DNA of 32,000 bases from NCBI GenBank assembly GCA_964578965.1, contig CAZOFC010000002.1, positions 4,572-36,571 on the forward strand, written 5' to 3'. This DNA comes from an uncultured Azospirillum sp. (lineage in GTDB: Bacteria > Pseudomonadota > Alphaproteobacteria > Rickettsiales > UBA3002). The translations under genes and the position numbers were made by a program. The notes under the pieces were generated by a model. The model ran no database searches and was not told where the DNA came from. It was given only the letters and a program-made list of their open reading frames with translations. Below are positions 31,443-32,000 of this stretch, piece after piece (positions within the stretch are counted from its first letter, which is position 1; the number at the start of each line of letters is the position of its first letter).

Positions 31443-31997
31443 TTAAAAATCTTCGTCCAATTCTTTCTTAGATAATCTTACTATCCGCCATGATCCAGAA
31501 ACGGCCAACCATCCAAGGATAGCTGCAACAATAATATCCGGCCAGATGGTGCTGGAGGCGAATACGCCAGCGGCGGCGATCATCACGGCGATATTGCCAA
31601 TGGCATCGTTGCGGCTGCATATCCATACGGATTCGCGGTTGCTATCGCCGCCACGGTATTTGTAGAGTAGCACAGCACAACCGATATTGACCGCCAGCGC
31701 AATCACACTGATAGCCGCCATGATGAGGGGTTTTGGCAGTTCAGGCTGTAGGGCGTGGTGGAGTGTTTCAAACGCCACCCACAGCCCTACCAAGCCCAAG
31801 GAAATGCCTTTGAACATCGAAGCCTTTGCGCGTTGGCGGAGCGATTGATCCAGCACATAGAGGCTGATGCCGTAATTGGCGGCATCGGAGAGAAAATCTG
31901 CGCTGTTGGCCAGCAGTGAAACAGAATGCGCGGCGTAGCTTGCTATCATCTGCACCACAAACATCACCGCGTTAGCAATCAAGCATATCCACAGCAC
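31443..31997 (-). CDS. Cation diffusion facilitator (CDF) family transporter, membrane domain only; N-terminus lies beyond the window
   Basis: SLLANSADFLSDAANY (TM2 DxxxD) and WICSRNDAIGNIAVM (TM5) follow the CDF pattern. The ORF is open to the window edge. The protein ends about 15 aa after the last TM, so there is no cytoplasmic C-terminal domain. Confidence 0.8.
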   Translation of the reverse strand: MLWICLIANAVMFVVQMIASYAAHSVSLLANSADFLSDAANYGISLYVLDQSLRQRAKASMFKGISLGLVGLWVAFETLHHALQPELPKPLIMAAISVIALAVNIGCAVLLYKYRGGDSNRESVWICSRNDAIGNIAVMIAAAGVFASSTIWPDIIVAAILGWLAVSGSWRIVRLSKKELDEDF

Positions 31998-32000
31998 CTT

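Noticed and set aside
1-32000. CRISPR arrays, rRNA/tRNA genes, IS elements, integrase or transposase genes
   Set aside because: No periodic repeat-spacer structure, no rRNA- or tRNA-like sequence, and no ORF with integrase or transposase motifs was recognised anywhere in the window.

Overview
The window splits sharply at about nt 20282.

LEFT PART (1-20281). All genes are on the + strand and the region is visibly GC-rich (high-50s % by eye, not computed). It is the late arm of a tailed-phage genome or prophage, in this order:
- A three-enzyme accessory module: ParB-fused methyltransferase, HAD-like protein, CmoA-like methyltransferase.
- Lambda-type packaging and head genes: Nu1-like TerS, GpA-like TerL, gpW, lambda-family portal, prohead-protease/major-capsid fusion, DUF2190 decoration-like protein, two connector proteins.
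- An RcGTA-like tail module: TP901-1-type major tail protein, G/GT chaperone pair with a GGGAAAC -1 slippery site, tape measure, DUF2460, DUF2163/BR0599, NlpC/P60 peptidase, a 1252-aa host-specificity protein, DUF2793 fibre-like protein.
- A lysis cassette: small membrane protein, SleB-type endolysin with a C-terminal TM segment, overlapped i-/o-spanin pair.

RIGHT PART (20282-32000). This region is AT-richer (mid-40s % by eye) and is a heavy-metal island.
- A + strand operon encodes a DUF326/Csp-type Cys-rich four-helix-bundle protein and two DUF305 proteins.
- A long - strand array runs: CDF transporter (partial) > cnrYXH-like anti-sigma/sensor/ECF-sigma > OMF-MFP-RND efflux genes (the MFP is broken by a 1-nt frameshift in a homopolymer) > two uncharacterised His-rich periplasmic proteins > MerR-type promoter > merR-family regulator > HMA-domain/MauE-like membrane protein > an exported 16-Cys metallothionein-like lipoprotein.

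BEST CANDIDATES FOR SOMETHING UNDESCRIBED
(a) The MerR-controlled trio: regulator, HMA-MauE-like membrane protein, secreted Cys-rich lipoprotein.
(b) The phage ParB-MTase/HAD/CmoA-like module, a possible nucleic-acid modification pathway.
(c) The tandem HIHP-motif periplasmic protein and the hairpin-less adaptor attached to the RND pump.

All family assignments are by eye and from memory. No searches were run.
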